Below are positions 40,793 through 51,075 of a stretch of DNA of 64,000 bases, one piece after another. Position numbers and translations under genes: made by a program. The notes under the pieces are model-generated. The model had not been told where the DNA came from, did no database searches, and saw only the letters and a list, made by a program, of their open reading frames with translations. The stretch comes from Pseudomonadota bacterium (GTDB taxonomy: Bacteria > Pseudomonadota > Alphaproteobacteria > Minwuiales > Minwuiaceae): contig JAYZWD010000005.1 in the NCBI GenBank assembly GCA_036154895.1, forward strand, positions 66,334 through 130,333, in the 5' to 3' direction. How positions within the stretch are numbered: position 1 is the first letter of the stretch; every line of letters begins with the position of its first letter.

Positions 40793-41647
40793 TCAGCGGC
40801 GGACCGCGATCATCCACATGTTGTCGCTGGTCGGCAGGCGGTCGGTCCAGCCAAAGCGGAGGATATCAAGGCCGCAGCCACGGATCATGGCGGTGAGGCT
40901 GTCGGGCGTGAAATAGTTGACGTGTTCGGGAAAACGGAACCCGGACCACTCGCCACCCATGACGTGCCGCATCAGCGCCGCGTAGTTCGGCACCTTGATG
41001 ATGGCGATGCCACCGGGGGCCAGCGTGCGGGCGATCTCGACCAGCACCTCGCGCGGCCGGATCTCGTGCTCGAGATAGGAGCGCAGGGTGGCGCCGGTGA
41101 AATGGCCGCCCGGAAACTGGCGCAGCCCCTCGAGCGAGGGCGCATTGACGGCCTCGCCGCCTCGGGCGCTGAACGCGGCATCCGCCTTCGCGGCCATGTT
41201 CGGCTCGATCTCGATACCGAAGGGGACGAACGCGGCGGGTAGGTTGAGCAGGCGACCGCCCTCGGCGCAGCCGATATCCAGCACGTTGCCGGGGGTGGCG
41301 TAGCGGATCAGCAGGTCGTCGACCCGCTTGCGCGGAAACATGTGCAGGCGGAACCGGGTCAGCCGCGACATGCGATAGGTCACGGGCCGCGCCGCATGCC
41401 GCCGCTTCGATTCCCGCGCCGTGCTCCGCTTCCAGGCCAGGTTGTCGAACAGTTCCTCGTAGACCGGCACCAGTTCCAGGAAGACGAACCCGCAGGACCG
41501 GCAATCCTTGACCTGCCATCCGTCGCGGCCATAGCGACCGGCCGGCGTGTCGCGGTTGTCGGTGCCGCAGGCCGGGCAGGGGCGACGGAGGGCCTGGATG
41601 TCGCCGACGCCGGGGACGTTCATGGATACGCGGTCGGTTTCGGTCAT
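40793..41647 (-). CDS. Class I SAM-dependent methyltransferase with N-terminal CxxC...CxxC
   Basis: C-terminal part of ORF 40793..43621, from ATG 41647. Motifs CPACG...CRSCG, VLDIGC, YLEH, LAPGG, KVPN, PEH.NYF. Confidence 0.85.
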   Translation of the reverse strand: MTETDRVSMNVPGVGDIQALRRPCPACGTDNRDTPAGRYGRDGWQVKDCRSCGFVFLELVPVYEELFDNLAWKRSTARESKRRHAARPVTYRMSRLTRFRLHMFPRKRVDDLLIRYATPGNVLDIGCAEGGRLLNLPAAFVPFGIEIEPNMAAKADAAFSARGGEAVNAPSLEGLRQFPGGHFTGATLRSYLEHEIRPREVLVEIARTLAPGGIAIIKVPNYAALMRHVMGGEWSGFRFPEHVNYFTPDSLTAMIRGCGLDILRFGWTDRLPTSDNMWMIAVRR

Positions 41648-41667
41648 CGGAAAGTCCCGTTGCAGCC

Positions 41668-43590
41668 TCAGCCAGGCACGTCCGGCCCCGGCGTCACGAT
41701 GTCGAACTGCATGTGGAAATCGTCCAGCATGCCGAAGAGTTCGCCCAGCATTGCCGCGTCGCCGGTGACTGTCAAAGCGCCGGACGCCATCGCGTCCCCG
41801 ACCGTCACCTTGCGCACGATCAGCCCGACCAGCACGTCGCGGGTGGTGGTGACCACGGCGTCCGCGGCAGACGTCCCGACATTCATCAGGTGCGTCAGCG
41901 TCTCGTTGGCGAGCGTCAGTCGCACCCGCTCGTCGCGATCGGTCAGGTGCCAGTCCATCCGCCAGCGCCGGCCCAGGGCCCTTTCCGGGTCCAGGCGTAC
42001 GGCGACGAAGTCGAACAGGATGTCGGTCGAGACCGCACCCAGCAGGTCGGGACTGAGGATCGGGCGCGGTGGCAGCTTCGCCACGCCGTGCCGCAGTTCC
42101 TGCGCCGCGTAGAGATAGGCATTGCGCCAGGTCGCGGACTCGGCCTGGTAGCCGAGCTGCTCGAATGCGTCGGCGGCGAGGCCGCGCGCGTCCGCATTGT
42201 CGGGGTCGGCGAACAGGACATGGTAGAGCACCTGCGCCACCCAGCGGTACTCGCCGGCCGCGAAGTCGTCGCGGGCACGGGCCAGCACCTGCGCGGCACC
42301 GCCCATGTAGTCGACATACTTCACGGCGGCGCGGCGCGGCGGCAGCGGCTGCAGGTTCGCCGGATTGCCGTCGTACCAGCTCAGGTACCGCTGGAAGACC
42401 GCCTTCACGTTGTGGCTGACGGTGCCGTAATAGCCGCGCATGCGGAAATCGGTGGCGAGCGACGGCGGCAGGTCCATCACCTCGGCGATCTCCGCCGGGC
42501 GCCAGCCCTTGTTCATCAGCCGCACCGTCTGGTCGTGCAGGTGCTTGTAGAGGTCGCGCTGGCGTTCCAGGAAGTCGGTGACCTCGGCGCGACCCCAGGT
42601 CGGCCAGTGGTGCTGGCAGATCAGCACCTCGACCCGGTCGCCGAAGCGCTCCACCGCGTCGGCCAGGTAATGCGACCAGATGCGCGGGTCGCGCACCTCG
42701 GAACCGCGCAGCGGGCAGAAGTTGTGCAGCAGCGGCGTGGCGTTCTCCGCCATGTTCAGCACGCCGAGATCGGGGAAGAACATGTGCATCTCCGCCGGCG
42801 CCTCGGTGCCGGGGGCGAGGTGGAAGTCGACGTTCAGGCCGTCGACCACGTGCCGCTCGACCGGCTGGCGGATGATGTGGGTCGGTGCCAGCAGGGTGAC
42901 ACGGCCGCGCGCCGTGACCTTGCCCAGTCCGGCATCGACCTGGCCGCGCGGTCCGGGTTGCAGCAGCGGGCCGAACTGGAACTGCGCCCGGCGCGTCATG
43001 GCGTTGCCGGCCAGCACGTTCTCGCCACCGACGGCCTCCATGAAGCCGTCCGGCGCCCAGATCGTCGTGCGACCCGCATCGACATCGGCCTGGGTGGCAA
43101 CGCCCTTCACGCCGCCATAATGGTCGACATGGCTGTGGGTATAGAACACCGCGACCACGGGGCGGCGCGGGCGGTGGCGGTAGTAGAGTTCCAGCCCGGC
43201 ACTGGCGACCTCGGCGGTGGTCATGCAGTCGATCAGGATCAGGCCGGTCTCGCCCTCGACGATGGTCAGGTTGGCGAGGTCCATGCCGCGCACCTGGTAG
43301 ACCCGCTCGCAGACCCTGAACAGACCGTTGGCCATGTTCAGTCGCGCCATGCGCAGCAGGCTGGGGTTGATCGTGTCGATCTCCGCCTCGCCGTCCAGGA
43401 AGTCGTAGACCGACAGGTCCCAGACCACGGTCCCGGACTCCATCTTCACCACGCCACCGTCCGGCACGGCCTCGATCAGCCCGCGCGCGGCGTTCTCCCG
43501 CTCGCGGCTGCCGGAGAAGTCCAGCCGTGCCTTCAGCGCCGCATGCGCCGCCCGTGTCGTCGCGGTGGCGTCCTTGCGCGTGGTGTCCAT
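41668..43590 (-). CDS. Alkyl/aryl sulfatase (SdsA/BDS1 family metallo-beta-lactamase)
   Basis: YQVRG.DLAN, THSHVDHYGG, PGTEAPAEM, QHHWP, RGYYG, WYDGNPANL and a C-terminal SCP2-like domain. No signal peptide. Confidence 0.92.
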   Translation of the reverse strand: MDTTRKDATATTRAAHAALKARLDFSGSRERENAARGLIEAVPDGGVVKMESGTVVWDLSVYDFLDGEAEIDTINPSLLRMARLNMANGLFRVCERVYQVRGMDLANLTIVEGETGLILIDCMTTAEVASAGLELYYRHRPRRPVVAVFYTHSHVDHYGGVKGVATQADVDAGRTTIWAPDGFMEAVGGENVLAGNAMTRRAQFQFGPLLQPGPRGQVDAGLGKVTARGRVTLLAPTHIIRQPVERHVVDGLNVDFHLAPGTEAPAEMHMFFPDLGVLNMAENATPLLHNFCPLRGSEVRDPRIWSHYLADAVERFGDRVEVLICQHHWPTWGRAEVTDFLERQRDLYKHLHDQTVRLMNKGWRPAEIAEVMDLPPSLATDFRMRGYYGTVSHNVKAVFQRYLSWYDGNPANLQPLPPRRAAVKYVDYMGGAAQVLARARDDFAAGEYRWVAQVLYHVLFADPDNADARGLAADAFEQLGYQAESATWRNAYLYAAQELRHGVAKLPPRPILSPDLLGAVSTDILFDFVAVRLDPERALGRRWRMDWHLTDRDERVRLTLANETLTHLMNVGTSAADAVVTTTRDVLVGLIVRKVTVGDAMASGALTVTGDAAMLGELFGMLDDFHMQFDIVTPGPDVPG

Positions 43591-43670
43591 GCCGATCCTC
43601 CCGGGATTCCCTTTTCCGCATTCTGTGCCGGGCCGGCCGGATTGGGAACTGCCGGACGCCGGGCAGGGCA

Positions 43671-43699
43671 CTTGACGCGCCGGGAAGCTGCGACTACCT
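43671..43699 (+). promoter_or_regulatory. Putative sigma70/RpoH-type promoter of def-fmt
   Basis: CTTGAC-N17-CTACCT, 31 nt upstream of the def ATG. Confidence 0.4.
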
Positions 43700-43730
43700 C
43701 GACGTTTCCTCGAGACAGCGATCCGGACCC

Positions 43731-44249
43731 ATGGCCCTCCTGCCGATCATCACCGCGCCCGACCCGCGCCTGCGGGTGAAATCCGAGCCAGTTGACCATG
43801 TCGACGACAAGCTGCGCGCGTTCATGGACGACATGCTGGAGACCATGTACGCCGCCCCCGGCGTCGGCCTGTCGGCCATCCAGGTCGGTGTCGCGAAGCG
43901 GGTGATGGTGGTGGACTGCGCCCCGGACGGACAGCCGGCGGCGCCGCTCTACCTGGTCAACCCCGAGATCGTCTCGAGCTCCGAGGTGCTGCGCATCTAC
44001 GAGGAAGGCTGTCTCTCGCTGCCCGAACAGTATGCCGAGGTAGAGCGCCCAGACACCATCGAGGTCCGCTATCTCGACCGCGACGGCGCGGAACAGGTGC
44101 TGCGGGCCGACGGCCTGCTGGCGACCTGCATCCAGCACGAGATGGACCATTTCGACGGTGTGCTGTTCGTCGACCACCTGTCGACGCTGAAGCGCAACAT
44201 CATCCTGCGCCGGCTGAAGAAGGCCAAGAAGCTCAAGGCAACGGGCTGA
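43731..44249 (+). CDS. def: Peptide deformylase
   Basis: GVGLSAIQ, EGCLS, QHEMDH. Confidence 0.97.
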   Translation: MALLPIITAPDPRLRVKSEPVDHVDDKLRAFMDDMLETMYAAPGVGLSAIQVGVAKRVMVVDCAPDGQPAAPLYLVNPEIVSSSEVLRIYEEGCLSLPEQYAEVERPDTIEVRYLDRDGAEQVLRADGLLATCIQHEMDHFDGVLFVDHLSTLKRNIILRRLKKAKKLKATG

Positions 44250-44252
44250 ACC

Positions 44253-45182
44253 ATGCGCCGTCTTCGCCTTGCCTTCATGGGCACGCCGGACTTCGCCGTG
44301 CCCACGCTCAAGGCAATGGTGGCCGTCGGCCATGACGTCGCCTGCGTCTACTGCCAGCCGCCGCGCGCCGCCGGGCGGGGCAAGAAGCCCCAGGAAAGTC
44401 CTGTCCACAAGGCCGCGCTGAAGCTCGACCTGCCGGTCCGCACGCCGCTGAACTTTCGCGACCCCGCCGACCGGGACGCCTTCGCCGCCCTCGATCTCGA
44501 CGCCGCCGTGGTCGCCGCCTACGGCCTGATCCTGCCGCGCGCGATCCTGGACGCGCCCAGGCTTGGCTGTTTCAACGTCCACGCCTCGCTGCTGCCGCGC
44601 TGGCGCGGCGCCGCGCCGATCCACCGCGCCCTGCTGGAGGGCGACGCGGAAACCGGTGTCACCATCATGCGCATGGAGGCGGGCCTGGACACCGGGCCGA
44701 TGCTGCTGACCGGCCGCACGCCCATCGGTCCCGACGACACGGTGGCCGACCTGCATGACCGGCTGGCGGCCATGGGCGCGACGCTGATGGTCGAGGCGCT
44801 GGAAGGCATCGCCGCGGGCACGCTGGCCGGGGAACCGCAGCCGGAGACCGGCGTGACCTATGCGGCCAAGGTCGACAAGGCCGAAGCCCGCATCGACTGG
44901 ACGCGGCCGTCCGCGGCCATCCTGCGCCAGATCCGGGCCTTCACGCCCTTTCCCGGTGCCTGGTTCGAACTCGGGCCGGAGCGGATCAAGGTGCACGGCG
45001 CCCGTCCGGTGGCCATGAGCGTCACGGCCGCGCCTGGCACGACCCTGACCGACGACCTGGTGGTGGCGACCGGCGATGGCAGCATCCGGCTGGAGCGGCT
45101 GCAGCGGGCCGGCAAGCGGGTGATGGAGGCCGACGAGTTGCTGCGCGGCTTCGCCGTGCCGGCCGGTCTCCGGCTCGGCTGA
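44253..45182 (+). CDS. fmt: Methionyl-tRNA formyltransferase
   Basis: FMGTPDFA, NVHASLLPRWRGAAPI, GLDTG. Follows def. Confidence 0.97.
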   Translation: MRRLRLAFMGTPDFAVPTLKAMVAVGHDVACVYCQPPRAAGRGKKPQESPVHKAALKLDLPVRTPLNFRDPADRDAFAALDLDAAVVAAYGLILPRAILDAPRLGCFNVHASLLPRWRGAAPIHRALLEGDAETGVTIMRMEAGLDTGPMLLTGRTPIGPDDTVADLHDRLAAMGATLMVEALEGIAAGTLAGEPQPETGVTYAAKVDKAEARIDWTRPSAAILRQIRAFTPFPGAWFELGPERIKVHGARPVAMSVTAAPGTTLTDDLVVATGDGSIRLERLQRAGKRVMEADELLRGFAVPAGLRLG

Positions 45183-45284
45183 GAAGCCTTTCTTCAGCTT
45201 TTGCGGGCATTCAGGCATTGACCGTCGACCGGCCGGGTCGGCGGGCCTATCCTTTTCGCCCGTGCACCTGACCGGAACCCGATC

Positions 45285-45812
45285 ATGCCGTTGCTTCGCC
45301 CCGTCGCCCTGATGCTGCTGCTCGGCACCGCCGCGCCGGTGGCCATGGCGGCGAGCGACGGGTCGCTGTCGTCATCGTCCTCGCAGGGGTCGGCCAGCAT
45401 TACCGCGACCATCGTGCCGCTGGTCCAGATCAGCGGGCTGGACGACCTGGATCTCGGCGAGGTGGGCGGTACCGACGTTTCCGCCAGCGACGGGCTCTGC
45501 ATCTATTCCAACGCGGGGCGTTACCGCATCACCGCCTCGGGCAATGGCGGCGATGGCGGCTTCCAGCTCACCGGTCGCGACCAGGGCGGCGCGCTGCCCT
45601 ACCAGGTGACATGGCAGCGTCGCGACGGTGCCGCGACGGCGCTGCAGGCCGGCGCGGCGATGACCGTCCAGACAGGTGGCGTGGTCGGTGCCGACTGCGC
45701 CGGCGGCGGCGCCAATGCCGGCATCCGCGTCGATCTCAGTGCACAGGCCGCGGCCGGGCTGCCCGCCGACAGCTATGCCGGGGTGCTCAACCTGGTGGTC
45801 GCGCCCGACTGA
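45285..45812 (+). CDS. Secreted beta-rich hypothetical protein (pilin/spore-coat-U-like)
   Basis: Signal peptide (...VAMA), two Cys, LPYQV.W and C-terminal A.SY.G.LNLVVAP. Confidence 0.7.
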   Translation: MPLLRPVALMLLLGTAAPVAMAASDGSLSSSSSQGSASITATIVPLVQISGLDDLDLGEVGGTDVSASDGLCIYSNAGRYRITASGNGGDGGFQLTGRDQGGALPYQVTWQRRDGAATALQAGAAMTVQTGGVVGADCAGGGANAGIRVDLSAQAAAGLPADSYAGVLNLVVAPD

Positions 45813-46250
45813 CAGTGGGTCGCGCCGGCCTCCGGCCGGCGGATCGCAGGGAACGGTGCCCATCTCGCCCGGCACCGACAGCTCCAGGATCTCCAGGTCT
45901 TCCGATGTCGCGGTCTCGTTGTGGCGCAGGCCACCGGGGATGAACAGCGACTCGTCTGCGCCGATGCGCAGCTTCTCTCCGGTCTCGAACTCCAGGTCGA
46001 CCCAGCCGCGCAGGACATAGACGAACTGGCCGTCGCAGGTGTGGTAGTGCCAGCCCGTCGGCCGCGCCATTTCCTTCAGCGCCGTCATGGTCTGGGCGCG
46101 CAGCTTGCCGCCGCTTGCCGCCATCACGCCGAGGTCGCGGTAGACGAAGAAGTCGCGCCGGCCCGGTACCTTCGGCGCCGAGGCCAGGGTGGCGTGGACC
46201 GGACCGGCAGGCGTGTCGTTCTGCGCGGCGCGGGCATTGCTGGTGCTCAT
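45372..46250 (-). CDS. Cupin domain protein; reading frame extends abnormally far past the domain
   Basis: ATG 46250 with a GGGAG RBS. Cupin motifs GWHYH...QFVYVL.G and IPGG.RHNE. The domain ends near 45830 but the first in-frame stop is at 45372. Confidence 0.7.
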   Translation of the reverse strand: MSTSNARAAQNDTPAGPVHATLASAPKVPGRRDFFVYRDLGVMAASGGKLRAQTMTALKEMARPTGWHYHTCDGQFVYVLRGWVDLEFETGEKLRIGADESLFIPGGLRHNETATSEDLEILELSVPGEMGTVPCDPPAGGRRDPLSVGRDHQVEHPGIAVGGQPGRGLCTEIDADAGIGAAAGAVGTDHATCLDGHRRAGLQRRRGTVATLPCHLVGQRAALVATGELEAAIAAIARGGDAVTPRVGIDAEPVAGGNVGTAHLAEIQVVQPADLDQRHDGRGNAGRPLRGR

Positions 46251-46421
46251 CGTCGTTCTCCCCGTTCGACTGCCGCCATCCTGCCCCCTCGCGGGCGTGC
46301 AGGAAAGCGATGCGGAGCGCGGGCTGGCCGGCCCTTTCGGGGCCATGACGGATTTGTTGCATTGCACCCGGGCGGCGTGCCGCAGTTGCCGCCGGCTTCC
46401 GCTACCTGTATACGGCGCGCC

Positions 46422-48254
46422 ATGATCGGAATTTCGCGCCGCAACATCGCTATCATCGCCCATGTCGACCACGGCAAGACGACTCTCGTCGATGCCATGT
46501 TCCGCCAGTCGGGCCTCGTCCGCGCCAACCAGCACATGGCCGAGCGTGCCATGGACTCCAACGACCTGGAGCGCGAGCGCGGGATCACCATCCTCGCCAA
46601 GTGCACTTCGGTCCGCTATGGCGACCACCGCATCAACATCGTCGACACCCCTGGCCATGCCGATTTCGGCGGCGAGGTGGAGCGCATCCTCGACATGGTC
46701 GACGGCGTGATCCTGCTGGTCGACGCGGCGGAAGGCCCGATGCCGCAGACCAAGTTCGTCACCTCCAAGGCGCTGGCACTGGGCCTGAAGCCGATCGTCG
46801 TGGTGAACAAGATCGACCGCCCGGACGGGCGCCCCGACGAGGTGCACGAGGAGGTCTTCGACCTGTTCGCCGCGCTCGGCGCCAATGACGAGCAGCTCGA
46901 TTTCCCGATGCTCTACGCCTCGGGACGCGAGGGTTTCGCCTCCGAAGATGTCTCGGCGCGGTCCGGCGACCTGAAGCCGCTGTTCGAGCTGATCCTGCGC
47001 CACGTGCCGCCGCCGCCGGGCGATCCGGAAAAGCCGTTCCGCATGCTGGCGAGCCTGCTCGACTACGACTCGTTCCTGGGCCGCACCCTCACCGGACGCA
47101 TCCACGAGGGGCGGATCAAGGTCGGCGCCACCATGAAGGCGATGGACCGCGACGGCGCGGTGGTGGAGACCATCCGCGTTTCCAAGCTGCTGTCCTTCGA
47201 GGGACTGGAGCGCGTGCCGGTCGACGAGGCGCAGGCCGGTGACATCGTCGCCATCGCCGGCATCACCGAGGCGGGCGTGGCCGACACGCTTTGCGACCCG
47301 GCCGTCGACACGCCGATCCCGGCCCGTCCGGTCGATCCGCCGACCCTGGCCGTGACCTTCTCCATCAACGACTCGCCGCTGGCCGGCCGAGACGGCGCCA
47401 AGGTGCAGAGCCGGGTGATCCGCGACCGCCTGTTCCGCGAGGCCGAGGGCAATGTGGCCATCCGCATCGCCGAGACCGAGAACAAGGATGCCTACGAGGT
47501 CGCCGGTCGCGGCGAGCTGCAGTTGGGCGTGCTGATCGAGACCATGCGCCGCGAGGGCTTCGAGCTGTCGATCTCCCGTCCGCGCGTGCTGTTCACCAGG
47601 GGCGAGAACGGCGAGCGGCTGGAGCCGGTCGAGGACGTGGTCGTCGACGTCGACGAGGAATTCGCCGGCGTGGTCGTCGAGAAGATGGCGCTGCGCAAGG
47701 CGGAAATGACCGACATGCGCCCGTCGGGTACCGGCAAGACCCGCATCAGCTTCCGCGCGCCGTCGCGCGGCCTGATCGGCTATCACGGCGAGTTCCTGAC
47801 CGACACGCGCGGCACCGGCATCATGAACCGCGTCTTCCACGGCTTCGAGCCGTACAAGGGGCCGATCGCCGGGCGCCGCAACGGCGTGCTGATCAGCCTG
47901 GAGACCGGGCGTTCGGTGGCCTACGCGCTGTGGAACCTGGAGGAGCGGGGCTTCCTGTTCATCGGGGCCGGCGAGGATCTCTACGACGGCATGGTGATCG
48001 GTGAGCATTCGCGCCCCAACGACCTCGAGGTCAACCCGCTGAAGGGCAAGAAGCTCACCAACATGCGCGCCTCCGGCAAGGATGACGCGGTGCTGCTGAC
48101 GCCGCCCCGGCGCATGACCCTGGAACAGGCCATCGCCTATATCGACGATGACGAACTGGTCGAGGTCACGCCGAACCACATCCGCATCCGCAAGCGCTGG
48201 CTGGACCGCCACGAGCGGCGCAAGAACGAGCGTCGCGAGCAGGCCACGGCCTGA
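46422..48254 (+). CDS. typA: Translational GTPase TypA/BipA
   Basis: [60 protein letters not shown]. Confidence 0.97.
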   Translation: MIGISRRNIAIIAHVDHGKTTLVDAMFRQSGLVRANQHMAERAMDSNDLERERGITILAKCTSVRYGDHRINIVDTPGHADFGGEVERILDMVDGVILLVDAAEGPMPQTKFVTSKALALGLKPIVVVNKIDRPDGRPDEVHEEVFDLFAALGANDEQLDFPMLYASGREGFASEDVSARSGDLKPLFELILRHVPPPPGDPEKPFRMLASLLDYDSFLGRTLTGRIHEGRIKVGATMKAMDRDGAVVETIRVSKLLSFEGLERVPVDEAQAGDIVAIAGITEAGVADTLCDPAVDTPIPARPVDPPTLAVTFSINDSPLAGRDGAKVQSRVIRDRLFREAEGNVAIRIAETENKDAYEVAGRGELQLGVLIETMRREGFELSISRPRVLFTRGENGERLEPVEDVVVDVDEEFAGVVVEKMALRKAEMTDMRPSGTGKTRISFRAPSRGLIGYHGEFLTDTRGTGIMNRVFHGFEPYKGPIAGRRNGVLISLETGRSVAYALWNLEERGFLFIGAGEDLYDGMVIGEHSRPNDLEVNPLKGKKLTNMRASGKDDAVLLTPPRRMTLEQAIAYIDDDELVEVTPNHIRIRKRWLDRHERRKNERREQATA

Positions 48255-48430
48255 CCGGCGAGGTGGCCAGGCCGGCGCGACCGGCCAGAAGGCTGCGCCC
48301 GTCGCTCACCGGGTGATGCGGCCGCCTTCCCCGCAATAGCCTGGCAGGCCTTCGCAGACCGTCACCTTGGTCGTGCCCTGAGTCCCGGAACGGCAGAGCT
48401 CCGTCCAGGACCCGGGCGAGTCCGACCCGT

Positions 48431-49582
48431 CTAGAACCCGAGCTGACGGGCGGCGAGGTCGCGCATGATCTCCTCGGCGCCGCCGCCGATGGCGTTGACG
48501 CGGACCTCCCGGTAGATGCGCTCGACCTTCTGGCCGCGCAGGTAGCCGGCGCCGCCGAAGGTCTGCACGCCCTCGCGCGCGCAGAATTCCATCGTCAGCG
48601 TCGCCTGGTTCTTCAGCATGCAGATCTCGGCCACCGGGCTGTCGCCCTGCTCGATCCGCCAGGCCAGCAGTTCCAGCATCGCCTGGGTGGCGTTGATGCG
48701 CATGGCCATGTCGACCAGCTTGTGGCGGATCACCTGCTGGTCGATCAGCCGCTTGCCGAAGGCCATGCGTTCCTGCGCATAGGCCACGGTCTCGTCGTAG
48801 CAGGTGCGCGCGAAGCCGGTGCAACCCGCCGCCATCATCAGCCGCTCGTAGTTGAAGTTCTGCATGATGATGCGGAAGCCCTGGTTCTCCGGGCCGATCA
48901 GGTTCTCCGCGGGTACCCTGACATTGTCGAAGTAGAGCGTCGCGGTGTCGGAGGCGTGCCAGCCCATTTTCGCCAGCGGTGTCCGCGAGAAGCCCTCCAT
49001 GCCGGCCTCGATCAGCAGCAGCGAGACGCCACCCATGCCCGGACCGCCGGTGCGGACCGCCACCGTGATGAAATCCGCCTGCATGCCCGACGTGATGAAG
49101 GTCTTCTGGCCGTTGACGATGAAATGGTCGCCCTCCCGCCTGGCCGTGGTGCGCAGGTTGGCGACATCGGAACCGCCGGAGGGTTCGGTGATGGCCAGCG
49201 CGGCGATCTTGCTCCCCGCCAGCACCTGCGGGATCACCCGGTCCTTCACGGCCTGCGTCGCGGCGCGCACGACCGGCGGCAGGCCGATGGCGTGGCTGCC
49301 CAGCGACGCGCTGACACCGCCGGCGCCGGCACGGGCCATTTCCTGGGACGAGATGATCATGTGGAAGATGTCGGCGCCCAGCCCCCCGACCTCCTCCGGG
49401 TAGTGGGCGGCGATGTAGCCGATTTCGGCGGCTTTCCGGTACAGCTCGCGCGGCAGACGCTCTGCCTTCTCCCAGGTGTCGACGTTCGGCTCGATCTCGC
49501 GCTCGACGAAGCGGCGGATGGTGTCGCGCCAGGCGTCGTGGTCGGCGGTATAGAACGGGCTGCGTGGCTGGTTCGGAATCAT
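48431..49582 (-). CDS. Acyl-CoA dehydrogenase
   Basis: AITEPSGGSDVA, NGQKTFITSG, KMGW.ASDTA.L.F, FGGAGY, IGGGAEEIM. Confidence 0.92.
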   Translation of the reverse strand: MIPNQPRSPFYTADHDAWRDTIRRFVEREIEPNVDTWEKAERLPRELYRKAAEIGYIAAHYPEEVGGLGADIFHMIISSQEMARAGAGGVSASLGSHAIGLPPVVRAATQAVKDRVIPQVLAGSKIAALAITEPSGGSDVANLRTTARREGDHFIVNGQKTFITSGMQADFITVAVRTGGPGMGGVSLLLIEAGMEGFSRTPLAKMGWHASDTATLYFDNVRVPAENLIGPENQGFRIIMQNFNYERLMMAAGCTGFARTCYDETVAYAQERMAFGKRLIDQQVIRHKLVDMAMRINATQAMLELLAWRIEQGDSPVAEICMLKNQATLTMEFCAREGVQTFGGAGYLRGQKVERIYREVRVNAIGGGAEEIMRDLAARQLGF

Positions 49583-49651
49583 GATCGGGCGCCTCCCCGC
49601 GCCGCGGGGACAGTCGCGTGACCGGGCGGCGCCGGTCAAGTGCCGTGGCGC

Positions 49652-51043
49652 TCAGAGCAGCAGCAGCGCGCCGAGACCCAGGAAGGCGAAGAAGCCGACC
49701 ACGTCGGTGACGGTGGTCAGGAACACGGCGCTGGAGACGGCCGGATCGATGCCGGCGCGGTCCAGGCCCAGCGGGATCAGGATGCCCGACAAGCCGGCGA
49801 TCACCATGTTGATCACCATGGCCGCGGCGATGACGCCGCCCAGCACCGGGTCCTTGAACCACAGGATCGTGGCCACGCCGACCAGGATCGCGAAGGCGAT
49901 GCCGTTGATCGAGCCGACGACGAGTTCCTTGCCGACCTGGCGCATTGCGTTGGAGGGCGTGAGATCGCGCGTCGCCAGCGCGCGCACGGCGATGGCCAGC
50001 GTCTGCGTGCCGGCATTGCCGCCCATGGAGGCGACGATGGGCATCAGCACGGCCAGCGCCACCACCTGCTCGATGGTGGCATCGAACAGGCCGATGATGA
50101 AGGACGCGAGGAACGCGGTGCCGAGATTCACCAGCAGCCAGGTGAAGCGGCTGCGGGTGGTGCGCACCACGCTTTCGTTCAGGTCGTCCTCGCGCACGCC
50201 CGAGATCTGGAACAGGTCTTCCTCGGCCTCTTCCTCGACGATCTCGACCACGTCGTCGACCATGACCACGCCCAGCATCCGCCCGGCCGTGTCGACGACC
50301 GGTGCCGAGGTCAGGCCGTACTGGCGGAACTGGTAGGCGATGTCGCCGGCCTCCATGTCCACGGGCAGGACGATGGGGTCGGGGTCCATGATGTCGCCGA
50401 TGCGGGTCGGTCGCTTGGCGCGCATGGCGCGGTCCAGCGGCACCCAGCCGATGGGCGTGAAGGCCGGGTCGATGACGTAAAGGCCGTAGAACTCGTCTGG
50501 CAGGTCTGCGGTCGATCGCAGGTAGTCGATGACCTGACCCATCGACCAGTAGGCCGGCACCGCGACGAAGTCGCGCTGCATCAGGCGGCCGGCGGTGTCC
50601 TCCTCGTAGGCGAGGCTTTCCTCCAGCGGGCGCCGCACGTCCTCGGCGACCGCCGACAGCACGGCCCTCTGCTGGTCTTCCGACAGCGCGTCGAGGACGT
50701 AGACCGCGTCGTCCTCGTCCAGGGCGGCGATGGCCTCGGCCACGCGCCGGGGGCCGATGATCTCGACGATGGCGTCACGGACCGGCTCGTCCAGTTCGGC
50801 CAGGGCCTGCGGGTCGAGTGCCTCGCCGATGACCGCCGCGAGGGTCTCGCGACGGTCCCGGTCGAACAGTTCGAACAGGTCGGCCTGGTCGGCCGCGTGG
50901 AGTTCGGCGACGGCGGCGCGGACGTCATCGGCGCGACCGTCGTCGAGGGCAAGGCGGATTTCCCGCACCAGCTCGGGCGTCAGGCCCTGGCTGTCGCCCC
51001 CGTCGTCGCCCTCGTCGATGTCGTCGTCATCGCGCACACTCAT
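49652..51043 (-). CDS. mgtE: Magnesium transporter MgtE
   Basis: Acidic N-domain, a CBS pair, and motifs [15 protein letters not shown] and IDPAVSS..F.TTVTDV.G. Confidence 0.96.
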   Translation of the reverse strand: MSVRDDDDIDEGDDGGDSQGLTPELVREIRLALDDGRADDVRAAVAELHAADQADLFELFDRDRRETLAAVIGEALDPQALAELDEPVRDAIVEIIGPRRVAEAIAALDEDDAVYVLDALSEDQQRAVLSAVAEDVRRPLEESLAYEEDTAGRLMQRDFVAVPAYWSMGQVIDYLRSTADLPDEFYGLYVIDPAFTPIGWVPLDRAMRAKRPTRIGDIMDPDPIVLPVDMEAGDIAYQFRQYGLTSAPVVDTAGRMLGVVMVDDVVEIVEEEAEEDLFQISGVREDDLNESVVRTTRSRFTWLLVNLGTAFLASFIIGLFDATIEQVVALAVLMPIVASMGGNAGTQTLAIAVRALATRDLTPSNAMRQVGKELVVGSINGIAFAILVGVATILWFKDPVLGGVIAAAMVINMVIAGLSGILIPLGLDRAGIDPAVSSAVFLTTVTDVVGFFAFLGLGALLLL

Positions 51044-51075
51044 TCAACGCAACCGGTCCTCGCTGTGACGTCCTG

